Under the pieces are notes generated by a model. The model saw only the letters and a list, made by a program, of their open reading frames with translations. It did not search any database and was not told the origin of the DNA. A stretch of DNA of 64,000 nt from an uncultured Christensenella sp. GTDB lineage: Bacteria > Bacillota > Clostridia > Christensenellales > UBA1750. The stretch is from assembly GCA_905193155.1 (NCBI GenBank), contig CAJJNQ010000005.1, positions 6,814 to 70,813 on the forward strand, given 5' to 3'. Numbering within the stretch: position 1 is the first letter of the stretch; each line of letters begins with the position of its first letter. Positions 1-9,213 of this stretch are shown here, in pieces. A program made the position numbers and the translations under genes.

Positions 1-690
1 GCGGCCGCAGTTTTCGCACTCGATGATCTCATCGCTGCCCTGAAGCTGCTTGGCTACCGCCGACGGCAGGGACATATTGCAGCCCGAGCACTGGTCGTTA
101 TTGAGCCGCGCCATGGCCGGGAAGCACTGCCCGCGCACCGCCTTATATCGCTCCATATACTTGGGATCAACCTGTTCACCGACCTCCGCACGCTGCTTTT
201 TCAACTCTTCGAGCTGCGCGGTCTGCTTCTCAAATTCCTTATCATAGGTCGCCTTCAGACGGGTGTATTCGTCCCTGGCCTTGCCGGCCTTGAGGCGAAC
301 CTCCTTATAGCGGTTTTCCATCATCTGGGAATGGCTGACCATCTTGGCCAGTTCCTTTTCCGCGTTCTTGAGCGCGGTCTCGGCATCGGTCATCTGCTGG
401 ATGGCCTTGCGCACCTGCGCCGCCGTTTCATAAGCGTTCGCTTCCAGATCCTTGCCGATCTGCTCAAAAGTCTCCGCCGCCCGGTCGCGCTGCGTGCTGA
501 GCTCTTCCAGACGCTCCAAAGCCTTGTTGGCGTCGTTCTCCATGCCGCGCACGACCGTCTGCTGATCCGCAACGATGTTGCGCAGCTTCAAAAGCTGCAC
601 GCGCAGCGGAAACTGACGGATCTCGGTTTCATAATCCGCCACCTTCTTATCGGCCTGCTGATATTCCCACAACTTGTCCAGTTGACGCAT
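1..690 (-). CDS. Coiled-coil / C4 zinc-ribbon protein, COG1579 (DUF164)-like; 3' end lies outside the window
   Basis: Absent from the ORF track because there is no stop in the window. Reverse translation from ATG at 690..688 reads MRQLDKLWEYQQADKKVADYETEIRQFP..., then a long heptad-like region, then ...NDQCSGCNMSLP...IIECENCGR (two CxxC pairs). GGAGG lies 7 nt upstream. Confidence 0.75.
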   Translation of the reverse strand, partial: MRQLDKLWEYQQADKKVADYETEIRQFPLRVQLLKLRNIVADQQTVVRGMENDANKALERLEELSTQRDRAAETFEQIGKDLEANAYETAAQVRKAIQQMTDAETALKNAEKELAKMVSHSQMMENRYKEVRLKAGKARDEYTRLKATYDKEFEKQTAQLEELKKQRAEVGEQVDPKYMERYKAVRGQCFPAMARLNNDQCSGCNMSLPSAVAKQLQGSDEIIECENCGR

Positions 691-773
691 GGACTCGCCT
701 CCGTTCCTGTTTTTACGGGCACACAGCCCGACAGCATATTATACCGCAAATTCTCCCCGCTGTAAAGCCGAAA

Positions 774-1673
774 TCACTTTTTCACGCACAGAGCGCGGAT
801 TTCTTCGGGAAGACCACTGCAAAAGCACATTTTCTTCCCCGTAAAAGGGTGCCGCAGCGCAAGACTCGATGAATGCAGCGCGAAGCGCTCCGCAAGCGCC
901 GGGTGCGCGCTGCCGTAAAGATAATCCCCCGTCACCGGATGCCCGATGTGCGCCATGTGCACACGAATTTGATGGGTTCTGCCGGTTTCCAGCTGCAACG
1001 AAACCAGCGTCCGATTCGTTTGTGGAAAGCGAGCGATTACTTGTCCTCGCGTCACGCTGGGCTTGCCGCTCTCGCAAACGCAGCGGCGCACGCTATCGCC
1101 CTCCATTCGGTCGATGGGCGCATCGATGGTGAAGCGGTTTTGTTCTATTATCCCTTCGCAGAGCGCGGCATACCCCCGCTCGAAATTCGGCGTGTGCAGG
1201 ATATCCATCAGGCGCTTGTGTATCAGCGTGGATTTCGCTACGGCCATTAAGCCGGAAGTCCCCTTGTCCAGCCGGTTGACGGGACGGAAAATGAACTTGT
1301 CTTTTCCCAGATAGAACGCGACGCGGTTGGCCAGCGTATTCAATTCCTGCCCCGGCATGGGAAGCGTTGCCAGCGGCGCAGGCTTGTTCAGAACGAGCAG
1401 CTCCTCGTCCTCGTAAACGATCTCCAGCGGACCTTCCTGCGGCACGATGCCCTGGTCGTATTCATCCTCGCAGAGCATTTCGAGCTTTTGCCCTTTGCAG
1501 ACGCAGGCGTTGGCATAAACGCTTTTGCCGTCCAACAGGATGCCTTTCTGCCGCTTGAGCGCGCGAATCTGCCGGTCCGAAACGCCAAAGACGGCGCGCA
1601 GCACATCATCTGCCCGCCGTCCGTCCATTTCCTCCGTCACGAGGAAAGCATAGCCTTTATTTTGCCCGGTCAC
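774..1673 (-). CDS. RluA-family 23S rRNA/tRNA pseudouridine synthase with N-terminal S4-like domain
   Basis: 299 aa. Motifs VNRLDKGTSGLMAVAK and GRTHQIRVHMAHIGHPVTGDYLYG. 4-nt overlap with the upstream gene. Confidence 0.9.
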   Translation of the reverse strand: MTGQNKGYAFLVTEEMDGRRADDVLRAVFGVSDRQIRALKRQKGILLDGKSVYANACVCKGQKLEMLCEDEYDQGIVPQEGPLEIVYEDEELLVLNKPAPLATLPMPGQELNTLANRVAFYLGKDKFIFRPVNRLDKGTSGLMAVAKSTLIHKRLMDILHTPNFERGYAALCEGIIEQNRFTIDAPIDRMEGDSVRRCVCESGKPSVTRGQVIARFPQTNRTLVSLQLETGRTHQIRVHMAHIGHPVTGDYLYGSAHPALAERFALHSSSLALRHPFTGKKMCFCSGLPEEIRALCVKK

Positions 1674-2203
1674 TTTTCCAATACCTTGGAGTACTGTGCC
1701 ATCATATTCACCATCTCCTGCGAAGGCTCGATCAGCAACAGTGTCTTTTTTCCGTCGCGGATGAAGAACAGGTAGTAAAGGCGGGATTTTCCGTTGAGGA
1801 AATAATCCAGGCGCTTGACGTCCTTCATAGAGAGATAACGGTCGAAGACGTCGGTATCCGCCCAGCCGCCGGCCTCCATCTCGCGCATGCGCACCGTGGT
1901 CAGCTGCTTTCTGCGGGAATTGCCCAGCACCTTGGCCACGTCCATCTCGCCGTTGGTAAAGGTGTACTCGTATTCCGTGCGGAAATTATCCTTGTAGCGG
2001 TAGAGCAGGAAGGCCACGCCGCCGCCCACGATAAAGCTGACGAAATTGGCGACCTGGAAATCCAGCGAAAGAATACCGGATAGGCCGATCATGCCGTAAA
2101 GGCCGAAGGCGACGATCAGTATCCAGCACATCACAAACCCGATGGCGCTCACTGCACGCCCCTGCTTGCGGACGACTACTTCTTCTTTAAAATTATCCAT
2201 CAA
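1670..2203 (-). CDS. Hypothetical membrane protein (2 predicted TM helices), family not recognised
   Basis: 177 aa. Hydrophobic stretches AIGFVMCWILIVAFGLYGMIGL and FVSFIVGGGVAFLLY. Translationally coupled (ATGA-type overlap) to the rluA-like gene. Confidence 0.6.
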   Translation of the reverse strand: MMDNFKEEVVVRKQGRAVSAIGFVMCWILIVAFGLYGMIGLSGILSLDFQVANFVSFIVGGGVAFLLYRYKDNFRTEYEYTFTNGEMDVAKVLGNSRRKQLTTVRMREMEAGGWADTDVFDRYLSMKDVKRLDYFLNGKSRLYYLFFIRDGKKTLLLIEPSQEMVNMMAQYSKVLEK

Positions 2204-2439
2204 ACCAAACCTCCAACAAACGCATCGTTATTTAACAATCATTGTATCATCTTTCCCCGCGTTTGGATAGTTTATTTTTGCTGTTTTTCCGGCAGGATTT
2301 TTTGTGGCTTTGGTCGAATAGTGTGAATTGGCGTATTTGACCCGACTGTGCGCTGCGGAGCTTTTTTCGCCGCACCGACAGAGTCTATGCGCAAAATATA
2401 GAGATGAGAAATCACACCCATAGGAGGCGGACATCCTTT

Positions 2440-5400
2440 ATGAAATGCCCTTCTTGCGGAATTTGGAATAGAGCGCATTTTACCAAGTGCTTTCGCTGCG
2501 GCGCACCGCTGACCGGCGAAAAGAACGCATCCGAAAAGAAACCGGACGCCGAGGAAGAAGAAGTTTCCTCCTCCGTTGACGAATCGACGGCGGCCGAAAC
2601 ACCCATTTTCTCCCCCGAGGACGCGCCGGAGGTTCTGGCTGAAGCGGTGGAAGAATCGCTGGACGATGCGCAGCATCCGGAAGAGCCGCATAGCGGCGAG
2701 GAAGCCGATCCCCTTTCGGACAGCGAAATCTTCTCCCTCTATGATCAGGGCGACTGGTCAGACGACGAGGAAGACGATTCCGAAGAGATTTACGCAGGCG
2801 CATCCGCACCGCCGCAAGCGCCCTTCATCCGCCCGGTGGAAACGCTGGACGGCGACGATGAGCCGCCGACGGTTTACAGGCCTGCTGCGCCGGAAAAAAA
2901 GTCTCCCCCGCTCCCTTCCGTGCCGGAGGACGATGAACCCGTAACGGTCTATCGTGCGCCGGAAAAGCCGGCCGAGGAAGCACCCGCACAGGAAACCCGT
3001 CGTTTTGCACCGGTCTCGCCGGACGCAGTGGATGGCAGCACGCGCAAGTTCGCGCCTATCGGCACTGCCGCTGCGGCCGACGCTCCCGTTCCTCCTTTGA
3101 ATGACACGGAGCCGGAGGTCACGCCTACCGATCCTTCCATCAGTCACGAGATCATCCACGCGATCTTCACCAATCCGCCTGCGCATTTGGAGCCTGGGCA
3201 TGATATCATGGACGACCCGCGCCCGCGCAAGCTGATGAGCCGCAAGCGCCTGCCGCCGCAGCCGGAAATCGAGGAAGAACCCGAAACCGTATACAAGCCG
3301 CGCGAGCAAAAGGCGGAGCCCCGCGTAGACAACGTAGAAGAGTTCAAGCCCACCGCGCGCCTTGCAGCGCAAAAGGCCGATGAAAAGGGCGATGAATTCA
3401 CCGCCTTTGCTACCGCAAAGCGCAACTTGGTCGCCGAAGTGGAGCCGAATGATCCTTTTGAAGAAGCCATCGGCATTCCCCACAGCGAAAAAGCTGCGGA
3501 AGCGACGAAGGAGGAAGCGCCCGAAAAGGCGGAGACTCCTGCGGAAGCTCCCGCACAGCCCGAACCCGTTAAACCTGCGGAGCCGGAACAGCCCGCCTGG
3601 GTCAAGGAGGCTCTGCTCAATCTGGGACAGGAGCAGCAGATGAACAATCTTTCTTCTTCTCGCACGTCAGGCAATCGTTCCCGCCGCCTGCCCCAGCCCA
3701 ATCTGGAATACGAGCCGGAGACCGCGCAGCAGCGCCCTTCCCGCCGCGTGCAAGCGGAGGAAATCCGCCGCGAACCGGAAGAAGGCTTTGCGCCCCGTTC
3801 CGAGCGAAGAGAGCGCCCCTCCCGCCGCCCTGCCGTGCCGATGCAGCAGCCGCAGGAAGAGCCGGAAGCCCCGGCGTACAGCGCACCCCGCAGCGGTTTA
3901 GAGGCCATCGCCCGGTATGAATCCAACCGCAGTAACTCCGTGCTGAGCCGCCGCCGCACAGCGCCTGCGGCTGAGACTGCGCCGCAGGCGGAACCCATTC
4001 CCGCTCAGGAACAGCGTATGGAAGAAACCGTTCGCCCCGCTCGGAGAGAAGCGCGTCCCTTTCGCCCTGTCAGCCGCGCGCCGCAACGCGAAGAAATAGT
4101 GGAAGAAACGGAACGTTTGCCGCGGGAAGAGCGCCCGGAAGCGCCCACGCGGCTGCATTCCTCCCGCACGGCCGAACCCGACTCCTCCGCCCGCTTCAGC
4201 GCGAAGGAACTGCGCATCGGCGGACTGCGCGTGCAGAACCCGATCCGCGCCGCCATTGTCGCGCTCATCGCGCTGGCACTGGTCGGTCTGCTGATCTGGG
4301 GCATCGTGGCGGGTATTTCCGCCATTGCAAAGGGCGTTTCCAAGCCGAATCCGTCTGAATCCCCCGCTCCTTCGGAAACGCAGCCGGCGGAAGCGGATCC
4401 CAACGCGCCCGTGGTCACGACCGGTGAGGTCAACGGCCGGCCCGGACACATCATCACCTTCAAGGGCAATGACAATGACATCATCTATATTTCGGATGAG
4501 AACCTTTCCGGCAGCTACAACATCGCCATTGTAGACGGCATCGGCACGCTGCAAATTGAGGACAGCGCGCTGATCGGCGACCGCTATGTGGACAGTGATG
4601 TGGAAGTGACGCTCAATCCGGTTCTGCATGAATCGGGCAGCGGCAAGGAAACCAAGATGTCTCCCATCACCTTCACCGTCACCCCGCCGGACGCTTATCT
4701 GGAAATCGTCAGCCCGGCAGGCGGAGCGGATGAGACGACCCTGAGCATCTATCAGGTCAAGATCCGTGTGGAAACCGGCTCCTCCGTCACCATCGACGGC
4801 AACGACGTTTCCGACATGCTTACCGAAGAGGATAACGGCATGGGCTCCATCGTCACCAACGTCAACGTGGAAGCCAAGGGTGAAAACCAGATTCCGATCA
4901 CGGTCATGAAGAAGGGCTGCAAATCGGTCACGCAGAACATCGTGCTGACCCGCCCCGAAATGACCATCCCGATTGAGCTGGATGCTGCGACGCCTTCGAC
5001 GGTGCAGAGCGATACCGTCACCATCTCCGGCACGGTGGAAGCGGGCGTCAAGGTTTCCGTGACCTCGCCCATCAGCGGCGAAGTGACAAACAACAGCGAT
5101 GGCAGCTTCTCCTTTGTAGCCAAGCTATCCTTCGGTGAAAACGACATTGTCATTGTCGCCACCAAGGGCGAAGAAACCTCCACGCTGACCCACACCGTTA
5201 CCTATGAGCCGACTTACAGCGAATACGTCAACAAGGCGTACAAGATGGACTACGCCAATCTGGCCACTTATGCGGGCAAATATCAGCCCTTCCTGTGCAG
5301 CGGTCAGGTTGTGGAGGTATTCCAGACCGAGCCGTATACCTGCACCTTCAACGTGGGTACGGCAGAGGATCCCAAGTACATCTACCTCCAGATGGTGCCC

Positions 5401-5517
5401 GGCAAGCCGCTGGAAGAGGGCAAGACCTATAAGGTATACGCCGATGTGGATGCTTCCGGCACGAAGGACGGTTATCCCTACATGATCGGCCGCTTCTTCC
5501 TGGAGGTTGCGCAGTAA
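2440..5517 (+). CDS. Bitopic membrane protein: N-terminal zinc ribbon, ~600-aa acidic/Pro-rich disordered cytoplasmic region, one TM, ~395-aa extracellular beta-rich (Ig-like) region (TcaA/YvbJ-like architecture)
   Basis: ORF 2404..5517. I prefer the ATG at 2440 (MKCPSCGIWNRAHFTKCFRCGAPL) with AGGAGG at 2422..2427. TM is IRAAIVALIALALVGLLIWGIVAGISAIA (about 4246..4320). C-terminal part has repeated beta-strand-like segments (VTISGTVEAGVKVSVTSPISGEVTNNSDGSFSF). Confidence 0.8.
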   Translation: MKCPSCGIWNRAHFTKCFRCGAPLTGEKNASEKKPDAEEEEVSSSVDESTAAETPIFSPEDAPEVLAEAVEESLDDAQHPEEPHSGEEADPLSDSEIFSLYDQGDWSDDEEDDSEEIYAGASAPPQAPFIRPVETLDGDDEPPTVYRPAAPEKKSPPLPSVPEDDEPVTVYRAPEKPAEEAPAQETRRFAPVSPDAVDGSTRKFAPIGTAAAADAPVPPLNDTEPEVTPTDPSISHEIIHAIFTNPPAHLEPGHDIMDDPRPRKLMSRKRLPPQPEIEEEPETVYKPREQKAEPRVDNVEEFKPTARLAAQKADEKGDEFTAFATAKRNLVAEVEPNDPFEEAIGIPHSEKAAEATKEEAPEKAETPAEAPAQPEPVKPAEPEQPAWVKEALLNLGQEQQMNNLSSSRTSGNRSRRLPQPNLEYEPETAQQRPSRRVQAEEIRREPEEGFAPRSERRERPSRRPAVPMQQPQEEPEAPAYSAPRSGLEAIARYESNRSNSVLSRRRTAPAAETAPQAEPIPAQEQRMEETVRPARREARPFRPVSRAPQREEIVEETERLPREERPEAPTRLHSSRTAEPDSSARFSAKELRIGGLRVQNPIRAAIVALIALALVGLLIWGIVAGISAIAKGVSKPNPSESPAPSETQPAEADPNAPVVTTGEVNGRPGHIITFKGNDNDIIYISDENLSGSYNIAIVDGIGTLQIEDSALIGDRYVDSDVEVTLNPVLHESGSGKETKMSPITFTVTPPDAYLEIVSPAGGADETTLSIYQVKIRVETGSSVTIDGNDVSDMLTEEDNGMGSIVTNVNVEAKGENQIPITVMKKGCKSVTQNIVLTRPEMTIPIELDAATPSTVQSDTVTISGTVEAGVKVSVTSPISGEVTNNSDGSFSFVAKLSFGENDIVIVATKGEETSTLTHTVTYEPTYSEYVNKAYKMDYANLATYAGKYQPFLCSGQVVEVFQTEPYTCTFNVGTAEDPKYIYLQMVPGKPLEEGKTYKVYADVDASGTKDGYPYMIGRFFLEVAQ

Positions 5518-5558
5518 AGCAATTCCTCCGGATTGCCTTCATTTCCCAGGAAAAAGCT

Positions 5559-5606
5559 CCCGGCATTCATGCTTTTAACAGCTTGAATGCCGGGTTTTCT
5601 TTTTTC
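5559..5606 (+). terminator. Rho-independent terminator after the giant membrane protein gene
   Basis: cccggcattca (5559..5569) pairs with tgaatgccggg (5584..5594), followed by ttttctttttt. Confidence 0.75.
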
Positions 5607-5732
5607 CAATCATTTCTTTATTCTAAAATGCTACCCAAAGTATTTTTTGCTTCTATGCGTGCGTTTACTTTTCCCCTCGTCTGATATAAATTAATAGTAC
5701 CAATACGATTTTATGTAAAGGAGGGATGGGGC

Positions 5733-6062
5733 TTGCAGCAAGTGGATTATTCTCTGCTGGGCACCCGCATCCGACTCAAACGAAAAGAAATGGGCATCAC
5801 GCAGGCAGAGATGGCTGAGCGCTGCGGCGTATCCGTTCCCTTCATCGGCCACATCGAGCGCGGTTCCCGCGCACCCAGCATGGAGAGCTTCTTGGGGATT
5901 TGCCGCGTGCTCCATGTCACGCCGGATTTCCTTTTGCAGGATTACATTGAATTTGAGGTCATGGAAAACGCCCGCAATTCCAAAATCACCAATACCGATT
6001 TGCTTACGCTGGACAAGATCTCCCGTGTACTGCGCGAAAGCAGTACGGAATGGGAAGATTGA
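5733..6062 (+). CDS. XRE-family helix-turn-helix transcriptional regulator
   Basis: 109 aa. LGTRIRLKRKEMGITQAEMAERCGVSVPFIGHIERGSRAPSMESFLGICRVL is a classic HTH_3 pattern. TTG start with AAAGGAGGG 7 nt upstream. Confidence 0.85.
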   Translation: MQQVDYSLLGTRIRLKRKEMGITQAEMAERCGVSVPFIGHIERGSRAPSMESFLGICRVLHVTPDFLLQDYIEFEVMENARNSKITNTDLLTLDKISRVLRESSTEWED

Positions 6063-6099
6063 TTCATTTTAGATAGATCCATTTGATTGATTTCCGATT

Positions 6100-6153
6100 A
6101 AAAAAGGCTGTCCGTCTGTAAAAGCACAGACGGACAGCCTTTTGTCTTCCTTT
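6100..6153. terminator. Bidirectional terminator between convergent XRE and trxA genes
   Basis: aaggctgtccgtctgt (6104..6119) pairs with acagacggacagcctt (6126..6141). A-run upstream and T-rich tract downstream. Confidence 0.8.
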
Positions 6154-6165
6154 TCTCAGCACGAA

Positions 6166-6483
6166 TTACAGTGCCTGATCCAACATGGCGGCATAGGTTG
6201 TCTTGGGTGCAGCGCCGATCTGCTTGGCAACGGGCTGACCGTTGACGAAAACCATCACCGTGGGGATGGACATCACGCCGTAGCGCATGGCCAGATCGCC
6301 GCACTCGTCCACATCCACCTTGCCGACAATCGCACGGCCCTCATATTCCTCCGCCACCTGCTCGATCACAGGAGCGACCATGCGGCAGGGGCCGCACCAC
6401 GTCGCCCAGAAATCCACCATCACGGGCGTATTCTTTGTCGCCAGGACGGAATCAAAATTGCTGCTATCGAGTTTCATTGCCAT
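6166..6483 (-). CDS. trxA: Thioredoxin
   Basis: 105 aa. Active site WATWCGPCRM. Typical length. Confidence 0.95.
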   Translation of the reverse strand: MAMKLDSSNFDSVLATKNTPVMVDFWATWCGPCRMVAPVIEQVAEEYEGRAIVGKVDVDECGDLAMRYGVMSIPTVMVFVNGQPVAKQIGAAPKTTYAAMLDQAL

Positions 6484-6506
6484 AATTTTCTACTTCCTTT
6501 CTGTAT

Positions 6507-6959
6507 TCAGCCGTTCTGCCGCGCCTTTTCGCACAGGCGTTCCACATGGACGACCTTGGGCGCGTACTTGCCGGAGGTTTTGCGTTTTTTCTCAGTCAAC
6601 CGCAACGCCAGGAACGCGGTCGCCGCCAGCAGCAGACCCAGACCTACGGCGTAAAAATCCGGGTTGCCCGGCAGGCCGAGCATCGTAGGGAGGTAATATC
6701 CGGAGACCAGTCCGATCAACAGCAGCGCCAGCGGAATGCCGTAAGCTAAACCAGCCGCACGCAGCAGCGTCTGCTCCGGCAGCTCCACCTGCACGCGATC
6801 TCCCAGGCCGACGTTACCGATGCGTTCTACCTCCATCAGCATCGCCTTCTGCGCCTGCTCGCACGCACCGCACTTGGCGCACATCGAAGAGCGGTCAAAC
6901 TCCACAACCATCGTCCGATCCTTGATTTCCGTCACGGTTCCATACTCCTGCATCGTCAT
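6507..6959 (-). CDS. RseC/MucC-family (SoxR-reducing-system-like) membrane protein
   Basis: 150 aa. N-terminal GTVTEIKDRTMVVEFDRSSMCAKCGACEQ (Cys cluster), then two TM helices. ATGA overlap with the tcdA stop. Confidence 0.7.
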   Translation of the reverse strand: MTMQEYGTVTEIKDRTMVVEFDRSSMCAKCGACEQAQKAMLMEVERIGNVGLGDRVQVELPEQTLLRAAGLAYGIPLALLLIGLVSGYYLPTMLGLPGNPDFYAVGLGLLLAATAFLALRLTEKKRKTSGKYAPKVVHVERLCEKARQNG

Positions 6960-7657
6960 GCCCCCCTTCCAAGCAGTCTGCGCACAGCCTCGCCCGCCAG
7001 CACGAGTCCGGCGCTGGGCGGCACAAAGGCAATGGAAGCGGGCGTATTTTTGCCCTGTTCATCCTGAGGCACACGGGCAGGCAGTTCATCGGAAATGCAG
7101 ACGGAAAGATGCGTGATGCCGTAATCCTTGAGCTTTCTGCGCAGAATGCGCGCCAGCGGGTCGCCGCTGGTTTTGCTTAAATCTTTGATGCTGAAGGCAT
7201 CCGGCCGCAGCTTGTTGCCCGTGCCCATGCTGGAGAGTATGTCGATCCCATGCTGCGTGCAGTAGACCGCAAGGCCCACTTTAGCTGGAATGTCATCAAT
7301 CGCATCAATGACCAGATCCACGCCGTCGCAAAGCGCGGGGATGGTTTGCTCGTTTGCACGGAGATCGCACTTTTCCAGCATGACCTCGCGGTTATAGCGG
7401 CGGATCATGCGTTCGGCAGCATCGGTCTTGCGCATGCCGATCGTCTCCCAATCGGCCACCATCTGGCGGTTGAGATTGCTCTCGGCAACGTCATCGCAAT
7501 CCACCAGCCGCAAAAAGCCCACGCCGCTGCGGGAAAGTCCCCACACCGCTGCGCCGCCCACACCGCCCAGACCGAACACGGCCACGCGCGCACTGCGAAG
7601 CTTTTCCAAACCATCCTGACCAATCAAACGCGCCGTCCGCGCGTGTACCTGAGACAT
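6956..7657 (-). CDS. tcdA: tRNA threonylcarbamoyladenosine dehydratase (ThiF/HesA-family, TcdA/CsdL-like)
   Basis: 233 aa. VAVFGLGGVGGAAVWGLSRSGVGFLRLVDCDDVAESNLNRQ (Rossmann plus ThiF signature). Confidence 0.8.
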   Translation of the reverse strand: MSQVHARTARLIGQDGLEKLRSARVAVFGLGGVGGAAVWGLSRSGVGFLRLVDCDDVAESNLNRQMVADWETIGMRKTDAAERMIRRYNREVMLEKCDLRANEQTIPALCDGVDLVIDAIDDIPAKVGLAVYCTQHGIDILSSMGTGNKLRPDAFSIKDLSKTSGDPLARILRRKLKDYGITHLSVCISDELPARVPQDEQGKNTPASIAFVPPSAGLVLAGEAVRRLLGRGA

Positions 7658-7708
7658 ACTTCTCTCTCCTTTATTTTACCCACCAGCAAAGCATTGAAAC
7701 AGCCTTTC

Positions 7709-8239
7709 TCAAAAAGGCTCTGCCTGCTGCATCAAATCGTATAAATTGATCACAGTGCGCGCATTTTCCCCCGCCATGCGGACGGTCTGCCCGGTGCCGG
7801 TGCGCGGGTCGTGATTCCAATAGGCAATCAGGATGTCCGCGTTGCGCACAAGATATTCATTGCGCTTGCGGAAGCTGTCTTTCCGCTTTTCCTGCGTCAC
7901 GACGACCTGATCGCAGGCACACTGCAAGACCTCCTGATAGGCCCTCTTCCAGCGCTCGCCGGAAATATCCCAGCTGTGATCCGGGTAGGGCAGCACCGCC
8001 ACGACACCCACGGATTCCGGCAGCACGCCGCTCCTGTGCAGCCGCAGCACCCGCTGGGCAGCGAAGAGGTCAAACCCGCTGGCCATGCCGCAAAGGAAAT
8101 AACGCACGTCCTGCTGCCGCACCAGCAGCTCTACTGCGCGGTCCAAATGTCGCTCCAGCATTTCGGTTCGGGCGGAACGCAGATCAAACGCCATGCCGAC
8201 GCGTGGGCGATGTCCCGTAAAGCTCGCCGCGTGCTCCAT
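7709..8239 (-). CDS. DUF1273 / YpsA-like SLOG-family protein
   Basis: 176 aa. N-terminal FTGHRP motif and CGMASGFDLFAAQ, typical of YpsA-like SLOG proteins. Confidence 0.7.
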   Translation of the reverse strand: MEHAASFTGHRPRVGMAFDLRSARTEMLERHLDRAVELLVRQQDVRYFLCGMASGFDLFAAQRVLRLHRSGVLPESVGVVAVLPYPDHSWDISGERWKRAYQEVLQCACDQVVVTQEKRKDSFRKRNEYLVRNADILIAYWNHDPRTGTGQTVRMAGENARTVINLYDLMQQAEPF

Positions 8240-8290
8240 CTGCTCCGCCTCCCCCTCTCAAGATCATCTTGTCCAGTATAGCATTATTTT

Positions 8291-8350
8291 GACAGAAAAG
8301 AAATACGGCCGCCGTGAGAAAGCAAAAATTGTCTTTCCCCGGCCGCCGTA
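8291..8350 (-). terminator. Probable terminator downstream of mscS
   Basis: tacggccgccg (8304..8314) pairs with cggccgccgta (8340..8350) at 10 of 11 positions, with a 25-nt loop. T-rich tract follows on the minus strand (tttcttttc). The large loop lowers confidence. Confidence 0.5.
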
Positions 8351-8361
8351 TCGTTTTTCAG

Positions 8362-9213
8362 CTATTTGGTGATGATGACCATGGTATTGCGATCGAACGT
8401 GCGCTTGATTTTTTGCAGCAGGTCGTAGTTCAAATCCCACAGGTTTTCCGCCTTGACCCAAACGCGCAGCGTCAGCGTTGCGTTTCCCTCCGCAGAAAAG
8501 CCCGTCAGGCGCAGGAAGGGCTTTTCGGGCTCCTCCAGAATTCTGTCTTTTTCCTCCTCCAACACACTTTGAATCAGATCGATAGCCACCTGCGGATCAC
8601 CCTTGCCAAGAATGGCAAAGTTCAAATCCAAACGCCTCAGCTTTTCCGACGAATAATTGATGATCGTCGATTTGGCAACCGTATTGTTCGGCACCACGAT
8701 GTGCCGGTTGTCCAAGGTCTTGAGCGTTGTGTTCATCAGGCCGATCTGCGTCACCACACCGCTCTGCCCACCGATATCGACAAAATCGCCATCCTTGAAG
8801 GGCGCGTTCGCCAGCAGGAGCACGCCGCTGGCGAAGTTGGAAAGACTGTCCTTGAGCGCCAAACCGATTGCCACGCCTGCTGTGCCTACCGCCGTAATCA
8901 GCGAGGTTGTCGGGATGCCGAGCACCGACATTACAATCAGAATCAGAAAAACATAGTCCACAATCTTGATCGTGGAGAGAATAAAAGCATGGAGCGTTTC
9001 ACTGATATGGGAACGCTTGAGTCCGCGCTTGCTGATCTTGAGCAGCCAACGAATCAGGAAATAGCCCACCGCCAGCACGATGAGCGCCTTTGCCGCCAGC
9101 ACCAGATAATCCAGACCCGTATCCAGCAGCCTGTCCCAGTTGGTCTTGGTCAGCTCCGGTGCGATTTGATTGATCTGCTCAGATACCTGAGCCGCAATTT
9201 CTTCCTGCGTCAT
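8362..9213 (-). CDS. Small-conductance mechanosensitive channel (MscS family)
   Basis: 283 aa. TM region plus GVAIGLALKDSLSNFASGVLLLANAPFKDGDFV and VPNNTVAKSTIINYS, typical of MscS. 4-nt overlap with the LCP gene. Confidence 0.85.
   Translation of the reverse strand: MTQEEIAAQVSEQINQIAPELTKTNWDRLLDTGLDYLVLAAKALIVLAVGYFLIRWLLKISKRGLKRSHISETLHAFILSTIKIVDYVFLILIVMSVLGIPTTSLITAVGTAGVAIGLALKDSLSNFASGVLLLANAPFKDGDFVDIGGQSGVVTQIGLMNTTLKTLDNRHIVVPNNTVAKSTIINYSSEKLRRLDLNFAILGKGDPQVAIDLIQSVLEEEKDRILEEPEKPFLRLTGFSAEGNATLTLRVWVKAENLWDLNYDLLQKIKRTFDRNTMVIITK

Noticed and set aside
2404-2439. Upstream-most start codons offered by the ORF track at 2404, 18814, 28521, 35505, 36949, 38503, 43001, 50769, 51947 and 61461
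   Set aside because: In each case an internal start aligns with the expected family N-terminus or signal peptide and has a Shine-Dalgarno sequence 5-12 nt upstream. The extensions add motif-less residues or overlap the preceding gene or terminator.
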